Shown here in pieces: positions 24,884 through 34,521 of a stretch of DNA of 64,000 nucleotides. The stretch lies in the IMG/VR virus record IMGVR_UViG_3300032829_000001, one strand, 5' to 3'. The DNA is from an uncultured virus (IMG/VR IMGVR_UViG_3300032829_000001) (Duplodnaviria > Heunggongvirae > Uroviricota > Caudoviricetes). The position numbers were made by a program, and so were the translations under genes. Within the stretch, counting starts at the first letter, position 1. Each line of letters opens with the position of its first letter. Below the pieces are notes generated by a model, which worked only from the letters and a program-made list of their open reading frames with translations, searched no databases and was not told the origin of the DNA.

Positions 24884-25695
24884 CCGTAACACCGAACGCA
24901 GTACCGCCCGAAGCTGTGCTTGGAGCGCGCACGATCGGGGAGATGCCCTTCGAGGGCGGGGACGTGACACGTGCGCTGCTCCAGCGCTGCGGGGTCAAGC
25001 TCGCACGCGACATCGAGCTGCTCGGCTGCACCGGCGCCGCCGCGGCGGGGCTGTCGATCGAAGAGATCTCCGAGCTGCGCATCGGCCTCGCGGGCGGCGG
25101 CACCGGGCTGCCGTGCTTCGTCGACATCAACCGGTTCTGCCTCGCGCACAACACGATCGGCGGGCTCCAAGACGGCCAGGAGCAGCGGCACCGCGATCAT
25201 GTGGAGGCGGTATCGAGGGCTCTGACGCGCGAGGAGCGCGGCCGCGTCGAGCTGATCGAGGCCGCCCGGCGAAAGCAGGGGAAGACCCTGGACGAGCGCC
25301 TCGTTGCGACGGGCGACATCCTGGCCGGGCGCGAGCTGCCCGACGGCTTCGAGGCCGAGGGGAAGCGCGACCCGCTCGCCGCAGCCGCGCAGGCCGCACG
25401 CACGATGGCGCCTGTGCCGCTGGCCGAGGCGGCGTGGGTCTGCCCCGAGCACAAGAAGACGGACTGGGCGTGCCGCTACTGCGTGGCGCAGGCGGTGGTG
25501 CAGGGCCCCCTCGTGCCAACGTACGCGCTCCATGCGGACGATGACGGCGCCGAGAGCGCCCCAGACCGTGTTGGGCTCACGCCCGAAGAGATGCGCACCG
25601 CCATGAAGGACGCGGACGCCAAGAAGCTGGAGTACATGGGCGTGTACGTACTCGCCGCAACGTTCGAACGGCGCCTCGCGCGCGTGGAGGAGTAG
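24880..25695 (+). CDS. hypothetical protein
   Basis: ATGA overlap; CPEH..ACRYC motif. Confidence 0.6.
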   Translation: MTVTPNAVPPEAVLGARTIGEMPFEGGDVTRALLQRCGVKLARDIELLGCTGAAAAGLSIEEISELRIGLAGGGTGLPCFVDINRFCLAHNTIGGLQDGQEQRHRDHVEAVSRALTREERGRVELIEAARRKQGKTLDERLVATGDILAGRELPDGFEAEGKRDPLAAAAQAARTMAPVPLAEAAWVCPEHKKTDWACRYCVAQAVVQGPLVPTYALHADDDGAESAPDRVGLTPEEMRTAMKDADAKKLEYMGVYVLAATFERRLARVEE

Positions 25696-25697
25696 AG

Positions 25698-26351
25698 ATG
25701 CTGATGTGCTTGGAGGGCTGTGACGCAGTTGGGAAGCAGACCCAGTCGAAGCGACTGGTCGAGAAGTTCGACTCGATCGGACGCAACGCCGTGGTGATGT
25801 CGTTCCCGCGCTACGGCACGCCGGTGGGACAGGCGATGCGGCGGCACCTGCTGGGGGAGACGATGCTGATGGAGCGTGGACACGAACACGATCCTGTCCG
25901 TCGTGCGCCCGAAGACGCGCTCATGTTTCAGTGCCTGCACCTCGCCGACAAGACGCATGCCGCGCACGACATCGAGGCGCACATCTACGCCGGCCGCACG
26001 GTCATCTGCGACCGGTGGACGCCGAGCGCCATCGCGTTCGGCGAGGCTGACGGACTCGACCCTGTGTGGCTGCAGCAAATCCAGGAGCTACTGCCCCAGC
26101 CAGCGCTGAACGTCTTCATCGACGTGCCCGAGGAAGAGGCGCTCCGGCGGCGCCCCGACATGCGGGACCGCTACGAGAAGGACCGCGAGAAGCAGAAGAT
26201 CATTCGCCAGAACTACAAGACGCTGTGGGAGGCGGGCGCCGAAGACGATGCTCTCCAGTGGGTGGTCGTCGACGGCGTCGGCACGGTCGAAGAGGTCACC
26301 GAGCGCATCTGGAAGCACGTGCTGGCCGTGCTGGAGCTGGAGCCACGATGA
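25698..26351 (+). CDS. tmk: thymidylate kinase
   Basis: EGCDAVGKQTQ P-loop, FPRY, ICDRW, RDRYE. Confidence 0.9.
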   Translation: MLMCLEGCDAVGKQTQSKRLVEKFDSIGRNAVVMSFPRYGTPVGQAMRRHLLGETMLMERGHEHDPVRRAPEDALMFQCLHLADKTHAAHDIEAHIYAGRTVICDRWTPSAIAFGEADGLDPVWLQQIQELLPQPALNVFIDVPEEEALRRRPDMRDRYEKDREKQKIIRQNYKTLWEAGAEDDALQWVVVDGVGTVEEVTERIWKHVLAVLELEPR

Positions 26352-26902
26352 AGCGGATCGTCTACGTGGCTGGTGCGCTCATCGCGGACGACCACTACAA
26401 GATTCGGCTCAACATCGACCGCGCGGCGGCGGTCGGCTTCGAAGTCGCGAAGGCTGGTGCCTATCCGGCCATTCCCCATACGAACACTGGCGCGTGGTTC
26501 ATCGGAACGATGACACCCGAGTTCTGGTACGAAGGCACGCTGGAGCTGCTGCGGCGCTGCGACGCCGTGGCGCTCGTGCCGGGCTGGGAGCAGTCGAAGG
26601 GAACGCGGGCCGAGATCGAAGAGGCGAAGCTGCGGGCCATCCCCATCTTCGATTCGATCCCAGCCCTCAAGGCGTGGCTCGCTGACCACGACGTGATCGA
26701 GCGGGCGAAGCGCCTGTTCGGGCCGTTCGCTTGCATCGGCCGGAACGAACAGTACCCCGACAAGCCGTTCTATGTCGGCGTAAAGGAGCACGGCTTCTGG
26801 AAGATGTTCGGCGCAGGTGCGACGTGGGACGAAGCGATCGCGGCCGTGCGCAAAGTGAAATTGCAGAGGGCAGACCAATCGTTCGTCTACGAGGAGGAGT
26901 GA
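26348..26902 (+). CDS. DUF1937/DUF4406 nucleoside-deoxyribosyltransferase-like protein
   Basis: VYVAG, PH.N, LLRRCDAV..VPGWEQSKGTRAE. Confidence 0.75.
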   Translation: MKRIVYVAGALIADDHYKIRLNIDRAAAVGFEVAKAGAYPAIPHTNTGAWFIGTMTPEFWYEGTLELLRRCDAVALVPGWEQSKGTRAEIEEAKLRAIPIFDSIPALKAWLADHDVIERAKRLFGPFACIGRNEQYPDKPFYVGVKEHGFWKMFGAGATWDEAIAAVRKVKLQRADQSFVYEEE

Positions 26903-27831
26903 CCGTGGACATGAAGATCGTTGATGCAGACAGCACGTTCGACAGACTGGGCGGGCTGGCCGGGCGCTTCCCGGGATTCGTCGCAAAGCCGCACGAGACC
27001 GGAGCCGGTCAGCGGTACTTCATCGAGCCTGGGGTCGTGCTCCTTGCGCGTCCGGAGTTCAATCGTGGACCACTCGGGGCTTTCCTCGACGGCTTCCCGT
27101 CCGAGCTTGGATTCAACGACTTCATGCAGGACGAGCCGATCCGAGACCAGGCTGGTACCGAGCTGATCAAGACGGCAGGGCAGCTCTGCTACATGTCGTT
27201 CGGCACAAACCGCACGAAGAACGCGGACGCGCAGAAGTACATCGACAACATTCTCAAGTCGGGCCACGGCAGTGTGCTCGAACACGCGCAGTATTCGTTT
27301 CTGATCTGGGGCGTGGGGCGCGACTTCACTCACGAGCTGGTCCGCCACCGCACCGGAGTGGCGTTCTCGCAGGTATCGCAGCGCTACGTCGACGGGCAGG
27401 TGCTCCGCTTCGTCGAGCGGCCGGAGTACCAGGAGGACAATGAGCTGCACAGCGACTTCGCGAACCGCATGCGTCTCACAGTCATGGCGTACGATCGGAC
27501 CGCGCAGGCACTCATCAAGCGACAAAGCGAAGGTGATGCGGCGTTGTCAGGGGAGAAGAAGACCGAGCTGCGCAAGAGGGTCAATCAGGCCGCGCGCAGC
27601 TTGCTGCCGAACGAGACCGAAGCCCCGATCGTGTTCTCGGGCAACATCCGTGCGCTCAGGCACGTCGTCGAGATGCGCTCGTCGAACGCTGCCGACGTTC
27701 CGATCCGGATGGTCACGACTCGCATCTTCCTGGCGATGCGCCACATCGAGCCCGTTCTCTTCAACGACTACAAGCTCTACGAGCTGCCCGACGGCACGAA
27801 CGCCGTGGCGACGGAGTGGAGGAAGGTTTAG
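26899..27831 (+). CDS. thyX: FAD-dependent thymidylate synthase
   Basis: GHGSVLEH, THELVRHR...SQVSQRYV, ARSLLPN. Confidence 0.93.
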   Translation: MTVDMKIVDADSTFDRLGGLAGRFPGFVAKPHETGAGQRYFIEPGVVLLARPEFNRGPLGAFLDGFPSELGFNDFMQDEPIRDQAGTELIKTAGQLCYMSFGTNRTKNADAQKYIDNILKSGHGSVLEHAQYSFLIWGVGRDFTHELVRHRTGVAFSQVSQRYVDGQVLRFVERPEYQEDNELHSDFANRMRLTVMAYDRTAQALIKRQSEGDAALSGEKKTELRKRVNQAARSLLPNETEAPIVFSGNIRALRHVVEMRSSNAADVPIRMVTTRIFLAMRHIEPVLFNDYKLYELPDGTNAVATEWRKV

Positions 27832-27868
27832 CCTCGTTGTCTTGATCCACCCACAAAGGAGGTTCGTG

Positions 27869-28039
27869 ATGCTGCTCCTACTCATCCTCGCCGTCATCGG
27901 CCTGCTCGTCTACGCACTGTCCAACGGGAAGGCTGCCGAGATCGGCCGCCTGGTCTTCGCCTGCGCCACGCTCGTCATCTGCTTCGAGCTGGCCCACGGG
28001 CTGAACGCCATCGCGCAGCTTCAAAGGCTCGGGCGGTGA
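27869..28039 (+). CDS. small two-TM membrane protein
   Basis: AGGAGG RBS, two hydrophobic segments. Confidence 0.65.
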   Translation: MLLLLILAVIGLLVYALSNGKAAEIGRLVFACATLVICFELAHGLNAIAQLQRLGR

Positions 28040-28677
28040 AGCTCGACGAAACCCTCGTCGCGCGCGTGCTTGGCGACTTCGCTGCCCTCATCAAGGGTGC
28101 GGCGGAGTCGACCGAGCGCAGCCGCTTCTCCGTGATCGGGAACCTGGCGCGACAGGCGACCGACTTTCAGCTCCTCACCAGCACGCGGGTCGAGGAGTTC
28201 GACGAGCAGGATCAGGGCGTCATGATCGGCGGCAACCACCCCATCATCATGGGACAGAATATCCGCGGCGGCGGCTTCAACGACCAGGCCGAGATGGTGC
28301 GGACTCTGATCGATTCGCTCAAGGATCTCAACACCCGCCGCACCACCACGTCACCGGCAGCCGAACTTAGAGAGCTGCTCGACGTGCGCCACACCTTGAA
28401 AGAGGATGGCGAGACGACCGACGACATCGACACCAGAATCGCTCAGCTACGAAAGGAGATCGCAAATGGAAGCACCGAGCCTGTGGTACATCCCCAGCTT
28501 CTACGGGGACCTTCGTCTCCGTCGGACATCCCCGGGGACGACGAAGCTGGAATGGGAGAACGTGACGCCGACGGAGCGGAGGGTCCTGCAGTCGCTCCTG
28601 GCCCACGCGGTGACGAAGGGTTGGGCGAAGGACACGGAGCACGATCTGTCGAAGGGCTCCTTCAACCTCAAGGCTGA
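28036..28677 (+). CDS. hypothetical protein
   Basis: GTGA overlap; tail overlaps next gene. Confidence 0.6.
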   Translation: MKLDETLVARVLGDFAALIKGAAESTERSRFSVIGNLARQATDFQLLTSTRVEEFDEQDQGVMIGGNHPIIMGQNIRGGGFNDQAEMVRTLIDSLKDLNTRRTTTSPAAELRELLDVRHTLKEDGETTDDIDTRIAQLRKEIANGSTEPVVHPQLLRGPSSPSDIPGDDEAGMGERDADGAEGPAVAPGPRGDEGLGEGHGARSVEGLLQPQG

Positions 28678-29200
28678 ACTGCCGAAGGTCCAGAAGTTCC
28701 TGGCCAAGGCGCTCAAGCCGGGACGCCAGATGGTCGACTTCGTGCAGTTCAGCGACGGGAAGATCGAGGAGATCCGCCACGGCGAGCTGCCGACCCCGTC
28801 CGACAAGGAGCTGGAGGACCTCGCCCCACCGGTACCGGCGCCTACGAAGGGAACGTCCGTGGCCAAGCCGACGCTGGGATGCCCCGAGCCGAACCTCGTG
28901 AAGGCCGAGCTGCGCGCTCGGGAGGTGCTGTTCGCCTTCCTGAACGACGAGCAGCGCGAGGACTTCGTGAAGCGCAACGCCTTCGTGACCGAGGGCGCTG
29001 GTACGGGGCACCGCTACATCGTGACCTCTCGGCACGCGCGCGACCAGCTCTCGCACACGCGCCGGCAGCTCTACGACGTCGACGAGAAGATGCCCTACTG
29101 CGTGCACGACTACAGCGTGCCGGCGGCAGAGGAGATGCTCGCGCTCCACCTGCTGTTGAAGTCCCCCGAGCACGAGCGGTACCTTCGCCATCTGGAGTAG
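28466..29200 (+). CDS. hypothetical protein
   Basis: AAGGAG RBS before ATG 28466; strong GC3 bias. Confidence 0.7.
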   Translation: MEAPSLWYIPSFYGDLRLRRTSPGTTKLEWENVTPTERRVLQSLLAHAVTKGWAKDTEHDLSKGSFNLKAELPKVQKFLAKALKPGRQMVDFVQFSDGKIEEIRHGELPTPSDKELEDLAPPVPAPTKGTSVAKPTLGCPEPNLVKAELRAREVLFAFLNDEQREDFVKRNAFVTEGAGTGHRYIVTSRHARDQLSHTRRQLYDVDEKMPYCVHDYSVPAAEEMLALHLLLKSPEHERYLRHLE

Positions 29201-29203
29201 CTC

Positions 29204-29434
29204 ATGACCACGACAACGCCGCCCATCTGTTCGGCCTGCAACGAGCGAAACGCGGCCAGCTACTTCCGCGTCCAGCGCGTGTCGCCTGCCGGAGCCGAGA
29301 CTCCGCTCACGACGGTTTGCAGCGTCAAGTGCCTCCTGCAGTGGACGTACGCCTTCGCCTCGATGCGCGGGATGCAGCTCGCCTACAATGCACGTACGGC
29401 CGTACGACAGTTCCTCGACGCGCTCAAGCCGTGA
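29204..29434 (+). CDS. small Zn-finger protein
   Basis: CSAC...CSVKC. Confidence 0.6.
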   Translation: MTTTTPPICSACNERNAASYFRVQRVSPAGAETPLTTVCSVKCLLQWTYAFASMRGMQLAYNARTAVRQFLDALKP

Positions 29435-29625
29435 CCTCGATCTTCATCTGCGACTTCGGGCGCGACAAGCCGATCTGCCAAAGCTGCGGCGGCGTCGCGC
29501 CCACCACGTGTACGTTCGAGCTGCGCGGACGCCTCGAAGGAAAGAAGTGTGGGCGGGCCGTCTGCGCGAAGTGCGCGAAGGGCACGGGGCTCTGTCCGCC
29601 GCATCAGAGGATCAGGCGGACGTGA
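29431..29625 (+). CDS. small Cys-rich protein
   Basis: CQSC, C.F, CGRAVCAKC, LCPPH. Confidence 0.6.
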   Translation: MTSIFICDFGRDKPICQSCGGVAPTTCTFELRGRLEGKKCGRAVCAKCAKGTGLCPPHQRIRRT

Positions 29626-30206
29626 TGCCACTGTGGTTCAACGCGGTCCTGCTCGCAATCGGGCTACTGCTCCACGTGCACAAGCGCTGGAGAGAGCGGC
29701 GCCGCGAGCTACCACCCGCCGAGCGCCCGACGCTCGATCTGGACGACCCGCTGATCCGTGAGGCGCTTCGCGAACTCGACGCGCTGGCGCCGAACATGCC
29801 GGTCGCTCCGCCGCGGGACGAGCGGGACTGGACTGAGGAGGAGCGCGTGGCCGCGGCGGGTGCACGATCGCGCCTGCTTTCGGTGCTGGTGGAAAAGCGC
29901 CGAGCGGATCAGCGGCGCGAGTACGAAGTGACGATCACGCGCGAGCAGATGCGGGTGCGCCAGCAGCGGGAAGAAGACTTGAAGCGCACGCACAGCTTCG
30001 AAAGTTGGGTGGCAGCTCGTTGGCGACAGAGCGCGACCTGGGACGCCTCGGGGAGCTGTACGCTGCCGAATCTCACCGTCGTTACTAGAGAGGAAATCGA
30101 CCTGTTCGGTTGGGAAGAGGTGGTCAAAGACATCCTCCAGCATGACCAGGATGCGTGCCGGCGCGCGTTCCTCGCCTGGAACCAGTGGCGGGTGTACCAC
30201 GGGTGA
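29625..30206 (+). CDS. hypothetical protein with N-terminal TM
   Basis: TGATG coupling; hydrophobic N-terminus. Confidence 0.6.
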   Translation: MPLWFNAVLLAIGLLLHVHKRWRERRRELPPAERPTLDLDDPLIREALRELDALAPNMPVAPPRDERDWTEEERVAAAGARSRLLSVLVEKRRADQRREYEVTITREQMRVRQQREEDLKRTHSFESWVAARWRQSATWDASGSCTLPNLTVVTREEIDLFGWEEVVKDILQHDQDACRRAFLAWNQWRVYHG

Positions 30207-30207
30207 T

Positions 30208-30236
30208 TTGACGGCGAGCGCGTTGTAGCCGAGACT
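30208..30236 (+). promoter_or_regulatory. sigma70-type promoter
   Basis: TTGACG-17-GAGACT, ATG 7 nt later. Confidence 0.5.
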
Positions 30237-30243
30237 GCACGAC

Positions 30244-30516
30244 ATGCTTCTCGGTTCAAACGGAATGGTTCTTCCTGCAGGCATGGCCGGCGAGAGTCAG
30301 TACGCGGGGGCCGCAGAGGCTCAGGCGACGACGGCTCCGATTCCGTCGGCCCCGTCGCAGTTGTCCCCCCAGGATCTGCAGGCGATGCAGCAGAAGAACG
30401 CGCTCATGCAACAGCAGCACGCGCAGTCGCAGCGGCGCACGAACTGGATCGTCGGCGGCACGATCGTCGCGCTGCTCGCGATCGGCGGCATGATGTTCTG
30501 GAAGTCGCGCTCCTGA
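30244..30516 (+). CDS. small protein with C-terminal TM and basic tail
   Basis: WIVGGTIVALLAIGGMMFWKSRS. Confidence 0.7.
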   Translation: MLLGSNGMVLPAGMAGESQYAGAAEAQATTAPIPSAPSQLSPQDLQAMQQKNALMQQQHAQSQRRTNWIVGGTIVALLAIGGMMFWKSRS

Positions 30517-30523
30517 AGCTGAT

Positions 30524-30553
30524 TTGACGACACCGGCGAGGTAGCTGTACCTT
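30524..30553 (+). promoter_or_regulatory. sigma70-type promoter
   Basis: TTGACG-18-TACCTT. Confidence 0.55.
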
Positions 30554-30564
30554 CTTTCTACGAG

Positions 30565-31485
30565 GTGAATCTGATGATTCTCGGCCAAACCCGCACCGCC
30601 TTCGACCCACCCGGACCGCCACACGCGAAGCTGCCACACACCGGCTTCTACAGCGGCAACTTCTGGCCCTTCTCGCAGGTGATGCACCGGATGCACGCCT
30701 TCCCGGCGTACCGGCCGCCGCTGGTTCCGGGCGCGGGGCCGCAGGCGCTTCCGCCGGTGCCGCCACCAGTCGCACCCGCACCGGGTCCGGCCGTCGCGGC
30801 GACGCAGGTTCCCTCGTCCGCACCCGCCCCGACGCCGCTGCCGACCGCAGCCGGCACGAACGGCTTCGGCGGATCGGGCTTCGGATCGACCGGCGGCGTG
30901 CGTGGGCACTTCCACGTCGACCCCTACATGGTGATGCGCTCGGGATGGATTCCCGGCGTGAGCCCGAGCGGCTCGAACATCCGCGCGGGCGTCAACAATG
31001 CGGGCGCGCGCATCCAGCGCTCGATGCCGTTCCAGACGGCGCCGCTGCCCGAGCCCCCGCCGCCCCCTCCCCCGCCGCCGGCCGCCGCACCAGCACCGGC
31101 CGCCACCCACGGCTTCGGCTACGCGCACCACGGCCGCCCGCGCCGCCGGCACTGGTTCTCGCGGATGATCAACCCGGAGACCGTCGCCGAGGTGCAGTCG
31201 CGCGAGGCATCCAACCCCTCCGGCTGCGAGACCTACCCGCCGCGCGCGGACGGCATCAAGGTGACCGTGTGCAACGGCCGAGCGGTCAAGTACGAGGACG
31301 CGCAGGGCAACGTGCTCAACCCGGCCGACTACGGGGCCTACCCCAGCGGCGGCGGGATGGCCGGGTTCGGCTTCCCGGGATGGCACAGCCGATGGAACCC
31401 GGCGAACTACACGCCGGCCGGGATGGCGTACAACGCACTCGCGCCGCACCACCCGCACCACCGGCATCCCCACCGCGGCTGGTAA
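30565..31485 (+). CDS. Pro-rich protein with repeated GFG motifs and His-rich end
   Basis: NGFGG, SGFGS, HGFGY, AGFGF; GC3 bias. Confidence 0.7.
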   Translation: MNLMILGQTRTAFDPPGPPHAKLPHTGFYSGNFWPFSQVMHRMHAFPAYRPPLVPGAGPQALPPVPPPVAPAPGPAVAATQVPSSAPAPTPLPTAAGTNGFGGSGFGSTGGVRGHFHVDPYMVMRSGWIPGVSPSGSNIRAGVNNAGARIQRSMPFQTAPLPEPPPPPPPPPAAAPAPAATHGFGYAHHGRPRRRHWFSRMINPETVAEVQSREASNPSGCETYPPRADGIKVTVCNGRAVKYEDAQGNVLNPADYGAYPSGGGMAGFGFPGWHSRWNPANYTPAGMAYNALAPHHPHHRHPHRGW

Positions 31486-31498
31486 GGAAGCGCCCGGC

Positions 31499-31945
31499 GT
31501 GGAGCGCCGCTATCCCGATCCAGACGCCGTCGTCTACGCGACGACGATGCCGCCGCGGCACCCGTGCCAGATGACGACGGACGCCGCGGGGCGCATCTAC
31601 CCGATGCACCACCACGGCGCCTGGATCGACAAGCACGGGAACGGGAACACCGATCTCGACGCCGCACACTGGCACTACGTGCGCGACTTCAAGGTCGAGC
31701 CCGACCCGCGTGACGGGCACACACACGAGCTGACGATGCTCCCGTGCGGCGCTGGCGGCGCGCGGCCGGTCGAGCGCCCGTCGGCGATGGTGCCGCAGAC
31801 GTACTCCTACGGCAGCCAGTTCGCCGGGGCGGGCCCGAGCATGCTCCCCAAGGGGCGGCCGCCCAGCGTCGGGGTGATTCTGCTCGGCGCCGTCATCTCG
31901 CTCGGCGTGACGATCGCTGGGCTGTGGATGATCCGAAAGGACTGA
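31499..31945 (+). CDS. His-rich protein with C-terminal TM
   Basis: HHH/HWH/GHTH motifs; VILLGAVISLGVTIAGLWMIRKD. Confidence 0.7.
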   Translation: MERRYPDPDAVVYATTMPPRHPCQMTTDAAGRIYPMHHHGAWIDKHGNGNTDLDAAHWHYVRDFKVEPDPRDGHTHELTMLPCGAGGARPVERPSAMVPQTYSYGSQFAGAGPSMLPKGRPPSVGVILLGAVISLGVTIAGLWMIRKD

Positions 31946-31949
31946 CGCC

Positions 31950-32255
31950 GTGATCTTTGGCGTCCCCGGCCGGTCCGAGGCGAGCGCCTACTTCGGCGCG
32001 GCGTCCGGCGGCCCCATCCGCGGAATCCAGCACACCCTCGCCGCCATGGGCATGCCGGTGCGGCCGACAGGCGTGCTCGACCAGCCGACGGTCGAGGCCG
32101 TCAACGGTGTGCTGAACGGCTGGGACGACGCCCCGCCCGCGCTCCGCACTGGCAAGCTGACCCAGCACGACATCGCCCGGCAGATCGGGCTCGTGGCGAA
32201 GCTGATCAAGCAGGCGGCCGGCGGCGCGCTCGTCTTCCACGACGTCAACAGTTAG
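31950..32255 (+). CDS. protein with peptidoglycan-binding-like three-helix domain
   Basis: IRGIQHTLAAMG....TGVLDQPTVEAV. Confidence 0.55.
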   Translation: MIFGVPGRSEASAYFGAASGGPIRGIQHTLAAMGMPVRPTGVLDQPTVEAVNGVLNGWDDAPPALRTGKLTQHDIARQIGLVAKLIKQAAGGALVFHDVNS

Positions 32256-32267
32256 GGGGAGGCTGCA

Positions 32268-32603
32268 GTGAAGCTCGTCGAGCTGCAGGCGCATTTCGCG
32301 CGCATCATCGACGACAAGGGCTCGTCCGAGACCGTCGACGACATCGCGCAGGCCGACGGGATCTGGTTTCTTTGCCCCAAGTGCTACATCGCGAACGGCA
32401 ACAGCGACGTCGGTACGCACTGGATCGTCTGCTGGTCGCCGAAGGTGCCACAGACTATCTCGCCGACGCCCGGTCGCTGGGAGCTGCGCGGGATGGGGCT
32501 TGCCGATCTGAGCCTCGTCGCCGGCTCGTCCTCGGTGAGGCTGACCGGAGGATGCGCGGCGCATTTCTTCGTGCAGAACGGTGAGATCACGTCCCTGACC
32601 TAA
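32268..32603 (+). CDS. Cys/His protein (DUF6527-like)
   Basis: FLCPKC...H...W...SSSV...GC.AHFFVQNG. Confidence 0.6.
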   Translation: MKLVELQAHFARIIDDKGSSETVDDIAQADGIWFLCPKCYIANGNSDVGTHWIVCWSPKVPQTISPTPGRWELRGMGLADLSLVAGSSSVRLTGGCAAHFFVQNGEITSLT

Positions 32604-32604
32604 T

Positions 32605-32634
32605 TTGACCGTCACCGGCCGGGCAGCGTACGAT
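32605..32634 (+). promoter_or_regulatory. sigma70-type promoter of the microprotein operon
   Basis: TTGACC-18-TACGAT, ATG 7 nt later. Confidence 0.6.
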
Positions 32635-32641
32635 TCGATCC

Positions 32642-32845
32642 ATGACGTTCGGCGCCGCGCCCATCGACACCACGAAGGATCTCGCACCGACCGTCCCGCA
32701 CGATGTGGCGCTCACGCACCTCATCTGCATGGCGAAGCGGCAGGAGTGCTTGATCCAGCGCAACCGCGGGATCACCTTCTTCGGCGCGTTCCTCGCCGCC
32801 GGGCTCGCCATCTGGATCTTCTCGCCGAGGGGCTGCTCGCGGTGA
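32642..32845 (+). CDS. small protein with C-terminal TM
   Basis: ITFFGAFLAAGLAIWIF. Confidence 0.65.
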   Translation: MTFGAAPIDTTKDLAPTVPHDVALTHLICMAKRQECLIQRNRGITFFGAFLAAGLAIWIFSPRGCSR

Positions 32846-32955
32846 AGCACGGATTGCGAAAGCGGCGGATGGCGCGCGGCGGGATGCGCGACGAGCGCCG
32901 CCGGCAGTGCGAGCGCGGCGACGGCGTGCGTTCGGCGACGAGGTGTGCACGCTGA
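32842..32955 (+). CDS. basic microprotein (37 aa)
   Basis: GTGA and TGATG coupling on both sides; Arg-rich. Confidence 0.45.
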   Translation: MKHGLRKRRMARGGMRDERRRQCERGDGVRSATRCAR

Positions 32956-33230
32956 TGGCCAACTACAAGCTGTTCATCAAGGGCGATCCCAAGAACGCCA
33001 AGCGCGCAGCCGCCCGGCGAGACATCCCGGTGCGTGACTGCACGTGGCGACGCCCATTCGGATCACTGAAGAGCGAGACCACGTGCACCGTGGTGAACCC
33101 GAGCCAGCCCGTGCGCGTTCGCATCATGCAGTGGTTCGGGGAGCACGAGACGATGCGCCCGGGGCGCGGCGGTGCGCCCGGCTCGCTACTCTTCTTCAAC
33201 GGTGCGAAGCGCCGACGGAGGCGGCGATGA
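32955..33230 (+). CDS. basic microprotein ending FNGAKRRRRRR
   Basis: coupled; GGAGG inside tail codons. Confidence 0.7.
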   Translation: MANYKLFIKGDPKNAKRAAARRDIPVRDCTWRRPFGSLKSETTCTVVNPSQPVRVRIMQWFGEHETMRPGRGGAPGSLLFFNGAKRRRRRR

Positions 33231-33529
33231 AGTGGAGCACGGCACCGAAGGTCAAGCTCACCGAGTGCATCAAGCTGCTGGTGTCGCGACCGGGGATCAC
33301 GAAGCAGCGCGAGTATCGGCTCTGCCCGGTCGGCGGGCAGGGACACGGCGCGCAGCTTCAGATCATGTCGTCCGACGGCGAGGGCAACAAGCCCTTCATC
33401 GTCGGCAGCACGCAGAAGGCGTGCCGCTTCACCTGGCCGCTCGTGGCCTACGAGAAGGACTACTCGCCCGAGGCGATGGCGTCGATTCGCGAGCTGCACG
33501 GTTCGGCGCGCAGACGGAGGCGTCGCTGA
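33227..33529 (+). CDS. basic microprotein ending LHGSARRRRRR
   Basis: ATGA overlap, RBS in previous tail. Confidence 0.7.
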   Translation: MKWSTAPKVKLTECIKLLVSRPGITKQREYRLCPVGGQGHGAQLQIMSSDGEGNKPFIVGSTQKACRFTWPLVAYEKDYSPEAMASIRELHGSARRRRRR

Positions 33530-33729
33530 TGCGCCACGCGACGGCCACTGCGATCAAGCGAATCCGCACCCTCGTGCGCGCAGGAGACTGTCAGAAGGCG
33601 CGCCAGCGTTTCAACGCGCTCCTGCCGCTGTTCGGGTCGCGTGGACACCGCGCAGGCGTACACCTCAAGCCGAAGACAGTCGCGCGCCTGTGGGGACTCG
33701 TGGAGTCCTGCCGCTGGAGGCCGCGGTGA
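33529..33729 (+). CDS. basic microprotein ending CRWRPR
   Basis: TGATG coupling. Confidence 0.65.
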   Translation: MRHATATAIKRIRTLVRAGDCQKARQRFNALLPLFGSRGHRAGVHLKPKTVARLWGLVESCRWRPR

Positions 33730-33950
33730 AGGCGTGCCCGAAGTCGCTGCACGTGCGGATCAGCCGTATGCGCCGAATCGCGTACGACATCGCGCACATG
33801 GGAGGCAGCAGCTACCCCGACGTCGCGGTCAAGGAAGCCGAGCGCGCCGCCCGCAACGGCGAGTGCATCGAGGCGCACGCAGCACTGCGAGCGGCTGTGC
33901 ATTCGGCGCGCAAGGCGCTCAAGAAGTACGATCGGAGGGCACGCCGATGA
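33726..33950 (+). CDS. basic microprotein ending DRRARR
   Basis: GTGA overlap with GGAGG. Confidence 0.65.
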   Translation: MKACPKSLHVRISRMRRIAYDIAHMGGSSYPDVAVKEAERAARNGECIEAHAALRAAVHSARKALKKYDRRARR

Positions 33951-34267
33951 GTCTTCGCGACGGAACGCCAACGCACATCTACGGCTACCCGAAGGACAAC
34001 GGGACGCGCCTCACCGATTGGCACGGCAAGACCATCGCCAGGGGCCGCAAGGTCAACTGCACGAAGGTGCACGGCTATCAGCGCGGCGGCTGGATCTCGA
34101 ACGAGCGCTGCAGCTACCAGTTCAAGTTCCAGGGGCTTTGGTACGCGTGCCGGGGCCGCGGTGATGGCATCTCGGCGAGCTGCCGGATCATGAAGAAGGC
34201 GCCGCCGAACTCGTCGTCGCCGTACTGGGACAAGCTCGACGGCTCGAAGCGCCGGAGGCGTCGCTGA
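33947..34267 (+). CDS. basic microprotein ending LDGSKRRRRR
   Basis: ATGA overlap. Confidence 0.7.
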   Translation: MSLRDGTPTHIYGYPKDNGTRLTDWHGKTIARGRKVNCTKVHGYQRGGWISNERCSYQFKFQGLWYACRGRGDGISASCRIMKKAPPNSSSPYWDKLDGSKRRRRR

Positions 34268-34521
34268 TGGCCGACAAGCTGTGTGTCTACTGGCAGGGCC
34301 GCAAGTCGATGGGCGGTGGCGTCGTGCGCAAGTACGGGGTCTTCAAGCGCTGCTACAAGAACCTAGATCAAGCGCTCCACGCGACGCGTACCATCGCCAA
34401 GCGGCGAGTGGGCGGCGCTGCGTTGCTACAGGAGAAGTCGACCGGGCTGTCGCTGACGCTCATCACGTGCTTCAGGTCGAGGTGCAAGGCCACGCACTTC
34501 GGCAGAAAGCTGGGACTCTGA
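34267..34521 (+). CDS. basic microprotein ending RKLGL
   Basis: TGATG coupling. Confidence 0.7.
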   Translation: MADKLCVYWQGRKSMGGGVVRKYGVFKRCYKNLDQALHATRTIAKRRVGGAALLQEKSTGLSLTLITCFRSRCKATHFGRKLGL

